A stretch of 64,000 nt of DNA from Candidatus Aminicenantes bacterium (GTDB lineage: Bacteria; Acidobacteriota; Aminicenantia; Aminicenantales; UBA8522): assembly GCA_963764885.1 (NCBI GenBank), contig CAVXUH010000009.1, forward strand, positions 16,540 through 80,539, given 5' to 3'. The notes under the pieces are model-generated. The model was not told the origin of the DNA and searched no databases. It worked only from the letters and a program-made list of their open reading frames with translations. The position numbers were made by a program, and so were the translations under genes. Below, one piece after another: positions 19,174-28,532 of this stretch (position 1 is its first letter; every line of letters begins with the position of its first letter).

Positions 19174-22100
19174 CTACTCGCTGCCGCCGTCTTTCTTGAC
19201 CGCCGCCCGGATGTGTTTGGAGATCTCCTGGACGGCTGAATGGTTTCATGACAAAGGACCTGATCCCGTCCTGGCCGACCGTCTCCCCGTCGACCTTCTC
19301 GCTGAAACCGGTGCAGAGAATGATGGGGATATCCGGGCGGACCTTGACCAAGGCCCTGGCCAGCTCGATCCCCGTCATCCGGGGCATGGTCTGGTCCGTG
19401 ATCACGAGGTCGAAGGCGTCGGGCTTCTTCTTGAACGCCGTCAGGGCCGTGCGCCCGGTCGGCTTGGCCGTCACCCGGTAGCCGAGCCGTTCGAGGACGC
19501 GCGTCATCCCCTTGAGCTGGGCCTCCTCGTCCTCGACGAGAAGGATATGCTCCCGGCCCATCTCGGGCCGGACCCGTTTGCCCTTTTCCACGGTCGATGG
19601 CTTCACCCTCGAGCCGCGGGATATAAACGCTGAAGACGCTGCCCTTGCCCGGCTCGCTGTAAACGGTGATGGCTCCTTCATAGCTCTTGACGATGCCGTG
19701 GACGACCGCCAGCCCCAGGCCGCTCCCTTCCCCGTGATTTCGGGTGGTGAAGAACGGTTCGAAGATCCGCTCCATGAGCTGGGTCGTCATCCCGCAGCCG
19801 TTATCCGCGACCGTCAAGCGCACATAAGGGCCGGGCTTGAGGTCCGGATGACGGGCCGCCTGCGTCGCGTCGACCTGGATCGGCTCGAGCTTGACCTCCA
19901 TCTGGCCGGCCCGATCCGTCATGGCCAGGGCGGCGTTCTGGCAGAGGTTGATCAGGATCTGATGGACCTGGGAAGGATCGGCCAGGACGTGCCCGCACTC
20001 AGGCGCGATCGACTCGTGGATGGCGAGATCCTTGGGCAGCGTCGACCGGAGGAACTTCACCCCCTCTTTGACGATCGGCGTGACCTCCAGGGGTTTCCTT
20101 TCCCACTCCCTCTGCCGGCTGAAGGTGATGATCTGCTTGACCAGTTCTCTGCCTCGGTTGGCCGCCTGGAGGACGATCGGCAGGGAGCGGCGGGCCGGGT
20201 TGGCGAGGTCGAGGTCGAGCATCGCCAGCTCTGTGTTGATGAAGATCGTCGACAGGATGTTGTTGAAATCGTGGGTGATCCCGCCCGCCAGGGTGCCCAG
20301 GGCCTCCATCTTCTGGGACTGCCGGACCTGGCGCTGGAGGGCGTTCTCCTGGGTAACGTCCTTCTCGGTGATCAGGCCGCCGATGACCTTGCCCGAGGGG
20401 TCTGCGGCCGGGGAGATCGTGACCTCGAGCTCGATGGGTCGTCCGCCGGCGATCGAGCCGCTGAGATGCCCGTGCCAGGGCCGGCCGAGCGCGATGGCCT
20501 CACGGATGGCTGGGAGCAAGGGGGATTTCCCTGCCAGATGATCGAAGTAGGAATGGCCGACCGCCTGATCTCTGGCTGTCTTATAGATGGATTCGAAGGC
20601 GACATTGACGTATTGGATCTGGCCGTCGAGGTCGACCATGACGACCGAATCCGAGGCCTGCTCGACGGCCGCCCCCAGCCGGAGCCGTTCCTGATCCGCC
20701 AGGGCCTGACGCAGGATCTCCGCCTTCTTGGCTTCCGTGATGTCGTGGACCATGCCTATCGACCGGATGACCCGGCCGGAGGCGTCCCGCTTGTGCTCAC
20801 ATTTTTCGAGGACGACTCGGATTTCGCCGGTGTCCTGGCGCACGATCCGGTGCTCGATTTCGTATTGATCGCGCCCTTCCTTCAGCGACCCGGAGTAGGC
20901 GGCGTCGACCGCGGCCCGATCGTCGGGATGGACGGCGTCGAGAAAAGCCTCGTAGGTCGCGCCGAACTCTCCCGGCGTCAGACCGAAAAGCCGGTACACC
21001 TCGTCCGACCAGCTCAACCGGTTGCTCGTCAGGTCGAGCTCCCAGCTCCCGAGATGGGCGATTTCCTGGGAGCGCCTGAGACGCTCCTCGCTCGCGCGGA
21101 GCGCCCGCTGCGCCTCCCTCTTGGCGGTGACGTCGTGAAAGACGAGGACGGCACCGGCCACGCGGCCCGCGGTGTCGAGGATCGGCGCTGCGCTGTCCTC
21201 GATCGGGACCTCCCGGCCATCCTTGGCGATCAGCGAGCTGTTGTTGGCCAGGTTGATCGCCCGGCCTTCCGCGAGGACTCGGAAACAGAGGTCTTCGACG
21301 GGCTCGCGGGTCAGTTCATTGACGACCCGAAACACCTCTTCGATCGGCCGGCCGAGCGCCCTCTTCGATTGTCCAGCCAGTGAGCGAAGAGGCCACCGGA
21401 TTGAGGAAAGTGATGCGGCAGTCGGTGTCTGTGGCCAGGACGGCGTCGCCGATGCTGGTCAGGGTGACCCGCAGCCACTCCCGGCTCCGCTCGAGCTCGT
21501 TCTCGGCCTCTTTGCGGGAGGTGACGTCGCGAGCGTAGAGGTTGACGTAGGGCTCGCCTCGGGGACGGACCGCGGCGAACCAGTAGATCTGTCCGCGGCT
21601 GTCCGGAAGTTCGGCCTCGACCGACCCGCTCTGATTCGCGGCTTCGTCGGCGAGGGCGCTGATGGCCGCCGGGAGCGGGCCGCCCTCCGTCCTGCCCATC
21701 GCCTCGAGCAGGGCGCTGGCCGGCGGATTGGAATAGGTCAGGTCGCCGCCGAGAGTCAGCCGAAGAACGGGATTGGGATTCTGTTCCGGGAATTGAGCTA
21801 ATCGCTTGAGCTCTTCCTTGGTCCGCCGACTGTCGGCGCTCTCGACCAGATCCCACCGTTCATTTCGCCGGATCAGGGCGAAGCGGTGGTTGGCGATCAC
21901 GTCGAGGATCTCGTTGGCCCCGCAGCGATCGAGAGAATAGGTGCAGACCGCCAGCATGCGGAATTGGCCGATAACCCCGTCGACCGCCGCCTCATAGTCC
22001 GTGAACGCCCCCCAATCCTTCCCTTCGAGCCAAAACGTATTGCCCGTTAAGCGCAGGCCTTCGTAGCCCGCGGCCAGGGCCGCGTCGAGTTTTCTTACCC

Positions 22101-22419
22101 AGCCGTCGAGCACGCTCTCCGAGTTGAAGCTCCCGCCCTTCAGGTACCATTCGGTGTGCGGGATGATCTCGATCTGTCCCCGGCGGAGATATTCCCCGAG
22201 ATCGGGCATGGCCGCCGCCAAGGCCGCGCGGGCGGCCTCCGCCTCCAGCGGCTCCGACGTAACCCACATGCAGAACTCGTTATTCCTCAGGCCTTCGCTG
22301 AAATAGGGGACTAGGATGTCGAGAAGGTCTTGCGGGGTCCTGTAGAACTGGCAAAAATGTGTCCCCCAGGGGACGTCGCCAATGATCTCGATGCCGGTTT
22401 TTCTGAGTTCCCTGCTCAT
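19174..22419 (-). CDS. Hybrid sensor histidine kinase: MEDS-like N-terminal domain, several PAS modules, HisKA, HATPase_c, receiver; three frame breaks
   Basis: ORF 21316..22419 has HFCQFY..CMWV..MLAVCTY (MEDS-like) and NPNPVLR PAS-like modules. ORF 19104..21335 has PAS modules, the H-box ITHDFNNILSTI, N box LINLCQNA, G1 DNGCGM and G2 GSGLGLA. ORF 19109..19681 has the receiver (ILLVEDEEA..DLVITDQTMPRMTG..KPF). The true C-terminus AVQEISKHIRAAVKKDGGSE* is in the third frame. Breaks at ~21360, ~19580, ~19237. Confidence 0.8.
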
Positions 22420-22576
22420 ATCTTTTGAATACTCCCTTTATTCTGCTGTGATGGCACGCGCGTTCATGAAGCGATTGGGCCTCCTTCGTCCATCATGAAT
22501 GATAGAGGTTAGGGGCCAGGCTGTCAAAGTGACAGGCCTTGTGCGAGCCGTGTTGGGTTAGGGGAGACGGGCGCGC

Positions 22577-23272
22577 TCAGCGCGGGGAGCTTTGCATGAG
22601 ATCGTTCAGCCGCGCGACGGTGACTTCCCGGAAGTCCTTGATGACCAGCCGGGTGCCCGTCAGCTTCTCGGGCGGGAAGGTCGTGGCCACGCCGACGACC
22701 ATCATGGCCGCCCGGCGCCCCGCCTCGATGCCCGCCATGGCGTCCTCGAAGACGACGCAGGCGTCCGGCCGGCAGCCGACGCGGGAGGCGGCCGTCAGGT
22801 AGATCTCGGGCTCCGGCTTGCCCCGGTTCACGTGGCCGGCATCGACGACCGCATCGAACAGCGGCCGGAGCTTCAGCCCGTCCAGGAGAAAATCGACGTT
22901 ACTCTGGGGGGCCGAAGTCGCCACCACGGCGCGCATGCTGTTGGCCCGCAGCTCCCGGAGAAAGTCGACGAGCCCCGGCAGCGGGGCCATGGCCGGGGCA
23001 TAAAGCTCCCTGTAGATCGCTTCCTTTTCCTCGCCGTAGCGGTCGACCTCGGCGGACGTCAGCTTCTTCGACAGCACATGGCTCATCAGGTCCGCATTGG
23101 TCATGCCGTACTTCGAGGTCACGTCGCCGATCTCCATGGCGGGGGAGTATTTCTGGAGGAATCTCTCCCAGGCCTTGGTGTGATAGACCATGTTATCGGC
23201 GATGACGCCGTCCATATCAAAAATCGCGGCGCAAAGTCTTTGCCTAGGGGCCTTCTTCGACGGAATTCTCAT
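22577..23272 (-). CDS. HAD-IA hydrolase, beta-phosphoglucomutase family
   Basis: Motif I FDMDGV, motif II VATSA, motif III GKPEPEIY, motif IV FEDAMAGIEAG. Intact 231-aa ORF. Confidence 0.85.
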   Translation of the reverse strand: MRIPSKKAPRQRLCAAIFDMDGVIADNMVYHTKAWERFLQKYSPAMEIGDVTSKYGMTNADLMSHVLSKKLTSAEVDRYGEEKEAIYRELYAPAMAPLPGLVDFLRELRANSMRAVVATSAPQSNVDFLLDGLKLRPLFDAVVDAGHVNRGKPEPEIYLTAASRVGCRPDACVVFEDAMAGIEAGRRAAMMVVGVATTFPPEKLTGTRLVIKDFREVTVARLNDLMQSSPR

Positions 23273-23307
23273 TTGGTTCTTACTCCGGGTGAAGAGTGGG
23301 GACTTTA

Positions 23308-23336
23308 CTTATACCACACCCCCGCCGCCCCGTCAA
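23308..23336 (-). promoter_or_regulatory. Sigma70-type promoter of the HAD hydrolase gene (TTGACG-17-TATAAG)
   Basis: Reverse complement reads TTGACGgggcggcgggggtgtggTATAAG. GGAG RBS 12 nt before ATG 23272. Confidence 0.45.
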
Positions 23337-23546
23337 TTCGGTTCGAGCCATCCTCAGAGAACCCAGCTTGAGGAACGCCTTGTGTTGAAGGGCGAGGACC
23401 GGCGTCATGAAGAGGGCCGTATGAGAGCCGGAGCGGGCATGGTTTCCCGAGCGAAGCGAAGGGGAGAGCGAAGGCTCGAATCGAGCGAGATTTCCACGCT
23501 GGGGAAATCGTGGCGTGCCCTCGAGTGACCCGGTCCGAGCCTTACA

Positions 23547-23575
23547 TTTACGCTTTCCCATTCTTGTGCTATATT
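23547..23575 (+). promoter_or_regulatory. Promoter of gatE-gatD with an extended -10 (TTTACG-17-TGcTATATT), leaving only a very short leader
   Basis: TTTACG at 23547..23552, TG at 23567..23568, TATATT at 23570..23575. ATG at 23588, with no Shine-Dalgarno between. Confidence 0.5.
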
Positions 23576-23587
23576 CGCAATCCACCC

Positions 23588-25516
23588 ATGCCCAGGATTC
23601 TTGATTACGGAGAGCTCCAGGAAAAGGACTACGCCGGGCTCGGGTTCAAGTCCGGCCTGGAGATCCACCAGCAGCTCGATACCCGGAAAAAGCTGTTCTG
23701 CCGCTGCCCCGCCGGCCAGTACTACGAGGACTATGATGTGGAAGTCCTCCGTCACATGCGCCCCACCCTGTCCGAGCTCGGCGAGTACGACGGGACCGCC
23801 CTGATGGAGTTCAAGACCCACAAGGAGATCGTCTACCAGCTCAACAAGAAGAACGTCTGCACCTATGAGATGGACGACACGCCCCCGTTCGAGCTCAACC
23901 AGGAGGCGCTGGACATCGCCCTCGAAGTGACCCTGCTCCTCAAGTGCAATATCGTGGGCGAGCTCCACATCGCCCGCAAGCAGTATCTCGACGGCAGCAT
24001 CCCCGCCGGCTTCCAGCGCACGACCATCCTGGGCACCGACGGCTGGATTCCTTATAAGGACCGCCGGATCGGCATCCGCCAGCTCGGCCTGGAGGAGGAC
24101 GCCTGCCGGGAGGTGAGCGACCGGGGGCACCGCCGCGTTTACAAGACCGACCGGTTGAGCATCCCGCTCATCGAGACCGTCACCTATCCGGACATGCGCG
24201 CCCCGTGGGAAGTGGCCGAGGTGGCCGAGATCCTGAGGGAACTGGCCCGGGGCACGGGCAAGGTCAGAACGGGCATCGGCCGCGCTCGCCAGGACGTGAA
24301 CGTCAGCGTCGAGGGCGGCACGCGCATCGAGATCAAGGGCGTCCACCGGATCCCCTACATCCCGCGCCTGACCCACTTCGAGGCCCTGCGGCAGGCCAAC
24401 CTGCTCGAGCTCCGGGATGAGCTCCGGCGCCGGGGGATCGCGAAGGACGCGCTGCCCTCGACCTCCGGCGACGTTACCGCCGTCCTGGACAAGACCGCCT
24501 TTTCGCCCATCCGCCGCGCGCTCGAGAGGGGTTGGCGGGTGGCCGCCGTGAGCCTGTCCGGGTTCAAGGGCCTGCTGACTTTTCCCCTCCAGCCCGGCCG
24601 GGATTTCGCGAGCGAGCTCGCCGACCGCGTCCGCGTGATCGCTTGCCTTGACGAGCTGCCCAACATCATCCACAGCGAGATGGTGAACAGCCCGCTGACC
24701 GCGGAGGAATGGAAGCGCGTCCGCGGTTCCGTGAGAGCCAGGAAGGATGACGTCATCGTTCTCGCCTGGGGAGACGCGCGGGACGCCGCGACCGCCGCCG
24801 GCGAGATCCTCATCCGGGCCAAAGAGGCCGCCGATGGGATCCCGAGCGAAACCCGCCAGGCCTTTCCCTCCGGGACGAACGGGTTCGAGCGGATCCTGCC
24901 CGGCGCCGACCGGATGTACCCGGATACCGATATGCCCCCTGTTCCCCTGGAAGACGAGCGCATCGAACGGACCTGCGCGCGGCTGCCCCTCACGCCCTGG
25001 GCGCGGCGCGAGGCCTTTCGGCGGCTCGGACTGTCGAGCGAGCTCGTCGAGGGCCTGGCCAAGGACGGCCGGGGCGGCCTGGTGCTGAAGATTGCGGAAT
25101 CCCTGCCGCTCAAGCCCACCGTTCCCGCTGTGGTCATCAGCCAAATGCTGAGGCACCTCGGGAAAAAGGGCTTTCCCGTCTCCCGGCTGGACGACGGCGT
25201 TCTGACCGAGCTCTTCCGGCGTTTCCAGGCGGGAGATTTCGGCCGCGAGGCCTTCCCGGATATCATCAAGCTCGCCTCGGTCGAGGGACTGTCTCCCGCG
25301 GAGAGCGTCGCCCGGTTGGGCATCTTCAGGCTGTCCGATGCGGCCCTCCGGGAGATCGTCGGCATCGTCGCGGGGTTGGCGAGAAGCCTTGAACCCCGGG
25401 ACCCGGTCAAAAAGCTCCGTTATCTCATGGGGATCCTGATGGCCGAGTTGAGGGGAAGGGCCGACGGCGGACGGGTCGCGGCCGCGCTCGAGGACGCGCT
25501 GGGGAAGGCCCGATGA
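23588..25516 (+). CDS. gatE: Glutamyl-tRNA(Gln) amidotransferase subunit E (archaeal GatDE type)
   Basis: GLEIHQQLDTRKKLFCRCP, MRPTLSELGE, DDTPPFELNQEAL, GFQRTTILGTDGWI, LGLEEDACRE, RLSIPLIETVTYPD, GRARQDVNVSVEGGTRIEIKGV are collinear with archaeal GatE. Start taken at ATG 23588. Confidence 0.85.
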   Translation: MPRILDYGELQEKDYAGLGFKSGLEIHQQLDTRKKLFCRCPAGQYYEDYDVEVLRHMRPTLSELGEYDGTALMEFKTHKEIVYQLNKKNVCTYEMDDTPPFELNQEALDIALEVTLLLKCNIVGELHIARKQYLDGSIPAGFQRTTILGTDGWIPYKDRRIGIRQLGLEEDACREVSDRGHRRVYKTDRLSIPLIETVTYPDMRAPWEVAEVAEILRELARGTGKVRTGIGRARQDVNVSVEGGTRIEIKGVHRIPYIPRLTHFEALRQANLLELRDELRRRGIAKDALPSTSGDVTAVLDKTAFSPIRRALERGWRVAAVSLSGFKGLLTFPLQPGRDFASELADRVRVIACLDELPNIIHSEMVNSPLTAEEWKRVRGSVRARKDDVIVLAWGDARDAATAAGEILIRAKEAADGIPSETRQAFPSGTNGFERILPGADRMYPDTDMPPVPLEDERIERTCARLPLTPWARREAFRRLGLSSELVEGLAKDGRGGLVLKIAESLPLKPTVPAVVISQMLRHLGKKGFPVSRLDDGVLTELFRRFQAGDFGREAFPDIIKLASVEGLSPAESVARLGIFRLSDAALREIVGIVAGLARSLEPRDPVKKLRYLMGILMAELRGRADGGRVAAALEDALGKAR

Positions 25517-26895
25517 GCGACCTCTATAAGGGGTACCGGGGCGAAGCCCTCGCCCTCCTCAAGGCGCAGGGCGTCCGCGTCTGGAGCGACGCCGAGGTGA
25601 CGACCACCCGCGGCACCTTCACCGGCATCATCCTGCCGCGGTCGGAGACCGCCGACGCCAGGCACGTCGTCCTCAAGCTCCGGAACGGCTACAACGTCGG
25701 CATCAACGTCGGAACCGTCACCTGCATTAAGGAATTCGGCTACAAGGAAGCGCACTACAAGATCCCCGAGAAGGAGTTCCCCCGCGACCCGAACAAGCCC
25801 CGGGTCAAGCTGCTCGGGACGGGCGGGACGATCGCCAGCCGCCTCGACTACCGGACGGGCGCGGTCATCCCGGCGTTCACGCCCGGCGAGCTCTACGGAT
25901 CGGTGCCCGAGCTGGCTGAGATCTGCAACCTGGAGACTGAGAAGCTTTACGGCGTCTTCAGCGAAAACATGGGGCCGGAGCAGTGGGTGGGCACCGCCCG
26001 GGCGATCGGCCGGGAGATCGAGAAGGGCGTCCAGGGGATCGTCATCGGCCACGGGACCGATACCATGCATCACACGGCCGCCGTCCTGTCGTTCATGGTC
26101 CAGGATTCGCCCGTGCCGATCGTCATGGTCGGCTCCCAGAGGTCGAGCGACCGGCCGTCGTCGGACGCGGCCCTCAACCTCATCAACGCCACCAAGACGG
26201 CGGCCGAGAGCGACATCGCCGAGGTGATGGTCTGCATGTTCGGCCCGACAAGCGACCAGTACGATCTCCTCCATAGGGGAACGCGGGTCCGCAAGATGCA
26301 CTCGTCCTACCGGTCCACCTTCCGGACGATCGGCGATATCCCGCTGGCCATGGTGAGCCGGGAGAAGATCATCCCCCTCCGTGACGACTACAAGCGGCGC
26401 CGGACCGACAAGCGCGTCGCCATCCACCCGGAGTTCGAGGAAAAGGTCTCGATCGTCTATTATTACCCGAACATGAAACCCGACATCATCGAGTCGCTGA
26501 TCGACAACGGCTACAAGGGGATCATCATCGCCGGCACGGGCCTCGGCCACGTCAACAAGCCTCTCTATCCGGCGCTCCGGCGGGCCTGCGAAAAAGGGAT
26601 CTCCGTGTACATGACGGTGCAGACCCTATGGGGCTACGTGCAGATGTTCGTCTACGACACCGGCCGGGACATCATGGAGCTCGGCGTGGTGCCCGCGGCC
26701 AACATGCTCCCCGAGGTGGCTTACGTAAAGCTCGGCTGGGCGCTGGGCCGGACGAGCGACCCGGCCAAGGTCCGGGAGATCATGCTGACTCCCATCGCCG
26801 GCGAGATCACCGAGCGCGAGCCGCATAACGGCTACCTGATCTTCCAGGGCGGCATCCCGGAAGTCGAGCGCTTTGTCTCGAGCTACTGGAAATAG
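25513..26895 (+). CDS. gatD: Glutamyl-tRNA(Gln) amidotransferase subunit D (asparaginase-like, archaeal GatDE type)
   Basis: LLGTGGTIASRLDYRTGAV, GIVIGHGTDTMHHTAAVLSF, PIVMVGSQRSSDRPSSDAALNL. The ATG overlaps the gatE stop (ATGA). Confidence 0.85.
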   Translation: MSDLYKGYRGEALALLKAQGVRVWSDAEVTTTRGTFTGIILPRSETADARHVVLKLRNGYNVGINVGTVTCIKEFGYKEAHYKIPEKEFPRDPNKPRVKLLGTGGTIASRLDYRTGAVIPAFTPGELYGSVPELAEICNLETEKLYGVFSENMGPEQWVGTARAIGREIEKGVQGIVIGHGTDTMHHTAAVLSFMVQDSPVPIVMVGSQRSSDRPSSDAALNLINATKTAAESDIAEVMVCMFGPTSDQYDLLHRGTRVRKMHSSYRSTFRTIGDIPLAMVSREKIIPLRDDYKRRRTDKRVAIHPEFEEKVSIVYYYPNMKPDIIESLIDNGYKGIIIAGTGLGHVNKPLYPALRRACEKGISVYMTVQTLWGYVQMFVYDTGRDIMELGVVPAANMLPEVAYVKLGWALGRTSDPAKVREIMLTPIAGEITEREPHNGYLIFQGGIPEVERFVSSYWK

Positions 26896-26922
26896 GGGGC
26901 CTTCCGCCCCATTCCCAAGACG

Positions 26923-28119
26923 TCACTTCAGGGCGGGCGGAGCGCTGCCTCCGGCCGGGCTCTTGAGCTGGGTGCCGGTGAGGGCTTTCAGGAACTCTTC
27001 GATCGCTTCCTCATCGTGGTCGCCGTCTTCACCCGCGACGAGCTGAAATGCTCCTTTGGCCACCTTCGGGTCGAGCTGGCCGACGACCGGCTTGACCTCG
27101 CCCTGGGCCAGCTTCGCGAGATGAGCCGCCACCCCGGATAGTCCCTCGAACACCCCGTTGTGCATATAGGGCTCCGACAGGGCGATGTTCCGCAGCGTCG
27201 GCGTCTTGAACTTGCCCAGGTCGGAGCAGGAGGACCTGAGGAACCCGACTTCCCCCCGGCCCGGGTCGACGTCCTTGGGCAGGCCGCCGCAGATCGAGGA
27301 GTTGAGGGCGAACTTCTCGGGCTTTTCGAAACCGGCGTTGGGGACGCCCAGGTTATGAAAATCAAAGTCCGTGAAGTTCGGCGGCTGGTGGCAGGAGACG
27401 CACTTCGCCCGGCCGAAGAAAAGCTCCAGGCCCCTGAGCTGTTTGGCGGTCAGGGCCCTGTCGTCGCCCTTCACCCATTTGTCGTACGGGGCGTCGAAGC
27501 TCACGGCGGTCCTTTCGTAAGCGCCGATGGCCTTGGTGACGGTGGAGGTCGTGATCTCGCCGCCGAAAACCGTCTGGAAAAACTTCTCGTAGAACTTCCG
27601 GGCTTCCGGGAACTCCTTTCTGGTGGCGGGATGGATGCCCGTGCTCAGGTAGGCCAGGACATTGTCCCAGGTGTTGGCCATCTCGGCGCCGTCGACGACA
27701 GGGCCCAGCGCCTGCTCTTCGAGCGTCTGGACGCGGCCGTCCCAGAACATGTGGCTGGAATAGGCGGTGTTATAGACCGTGTTCGAATTCCGGCGGCCGG
27801 TCGCGTCCGCGCAGCCGTCGGAGATCTGCTGTTCATCGCTGAAACCCATCTCGGGAGTGTGGCAGGAAGCGCAGGAGATCGTCCCGCAGGCGGACAGGTT
27901 GGGGTCGAAGAAGAGCGCCTCGCCCAAGCGGACCTTGTCCGGCGTCTGGGGATTATCGACCGGCACGGGAAGCGGAGGAAGCTCCACGCTGTATTCGCTC
28001 CGGATCTTGGCCCGCAGGGCGTCGGCGGACCCGGCGGATCGCTGCGGCGCCGCCTGGATGACGAGGGCCGCAGACACGAGCAGCAGACAAGCCATGACGA
28101 TCGCACCGAGTGATTTCAT
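26923..28119 (-). CDS. Di-haem cytochrome c peroxidase (CCP/MauG family)
   Basis: Signal peptide, two CXXCH motifs (CASCH, CVSCH), and FKTPTLRNIALSEPYMHNG. GGAGG RBS. Confidence 0.9.
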   Translation of the reverse strand: MKSLGAIVMACLLLVSAALVIQAAPQRSAGSADALRAKIRSEYSVELPPLPVPVDNPQTPDKVRLGEALFFDPNLSACGTISCASCHTPEMGFSDEQQISDGCADATGRRNSNTVYNTAYSSHMFWDGRVQTLEEQALGPVVDGAEMANTWDNVLAYLSTGIHPATRKEFPEARKFYEKFFQTVFGGEITTSTVTKAIGAYERTAVSFDAPYDKWVKGDDRALTAKQLRGLELFFGRAKCVSCHQPPNFTDFDFHNLGVPNAGFEKPEKFALNSSICGGLPKDVDPGRGEVGFLRSSCSDLGKFKTPTLRNIALSEPYMHNGVFEGLSGVAAHLAKLAQGEVKPVVGQLDPKVAKGAFQLVAGEDGDHDEEAIEEFLKALTGTQLKSPAGGSAPPALK

Positions 28120-28146
28120 CTTTCCTCCTTTCTTTCCGGCGGCGGA

Positions 28147-28175
28147 ATTATAACCTCAGTCCGACCGGCCGACAA
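28147..28175 (-). promoter_or_regulatory. Sigma70-type promoter of the peroxidase gene (TTGTCG-17-TATAAT)
   Basis: Reverse complement reads cTTGTCGgccggtcggactgaggtTATAATtcc. The -10 ends 27 nt before ATG 28119. It lies inside the 3' end of the sigma-factor remnant. Confidence 0.45.
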
Positions 28176-28532
28176 GTGCCGCCGGCGGCGGGTCTTCAAC
28201 CCCGACGGTTGAGCTCCGGAGATCGAGACAGGTGTTGCGGGCGATGGCAGCAGCCAGCCCCTGGCCAGAGAAGGATCACGCAGGCTCCCTGAGTTCTCGC
28301 AGGCCCGCAGGAAGACCTCCTGCGTCAGGTCTTCGGCCTCGACGTAGTTCCTCGAGTGGCCGAGGCAGACGCGGAAGACAAGCTCCTGGTGGACAAGAAG
28401 CTTTGGCAGATCGATGGAGAAAGGAATAAGGGCCCTTTTGCCTTGATGTGGCCTGGCCCGCGGCTGCAGTTCAGCGCGGCTTGAGCTTGTCTTCGGCCGT
28501 CTTCTGGACCCGCAGGAATTCCCTGAGCGCAT
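28157..28532 (-). pseudogene. ECF sigma-70 remnant (region 2 only, frame break, no region 4)
   Basis: LLVHQELVFRVCLGHSRNYVEAEDLTQEVFLRACENSGSLRDPSLARGWL, then after a break at ~28250, AAIARNTCLDLRS. This matches sigma70_r2. The reading frame ends at TGA 28157..28159 without the region-4 HTH. The start is uncertain: no start codon lies between 28470 and the homology, and the candidate ATG 28532 overlaps the upstream gene. Confidence 0.5.

Noticed and set aside
19512-21383. 623-aa plus-strand ORF
   Set aside because: Antisense shadow of the histidine kinase gene. Same compositional signature.
23325-23350. tRNA-like GGTTCGAGCC (T-loop-like) sequence
   Set aside because: The flanking bases cannot form a T stem, and there is no acceptor, D or anticodon arm. 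The region instead fits the HAD gene promoter (TTGACG-17-TATAAG).
23405-26550. 583-aa and 376-aa minus-strand ORFs opposite gatE and gatD
   Set aside because: Antisense shadows. The plus-strand translations match GatE and GatD along their full length.
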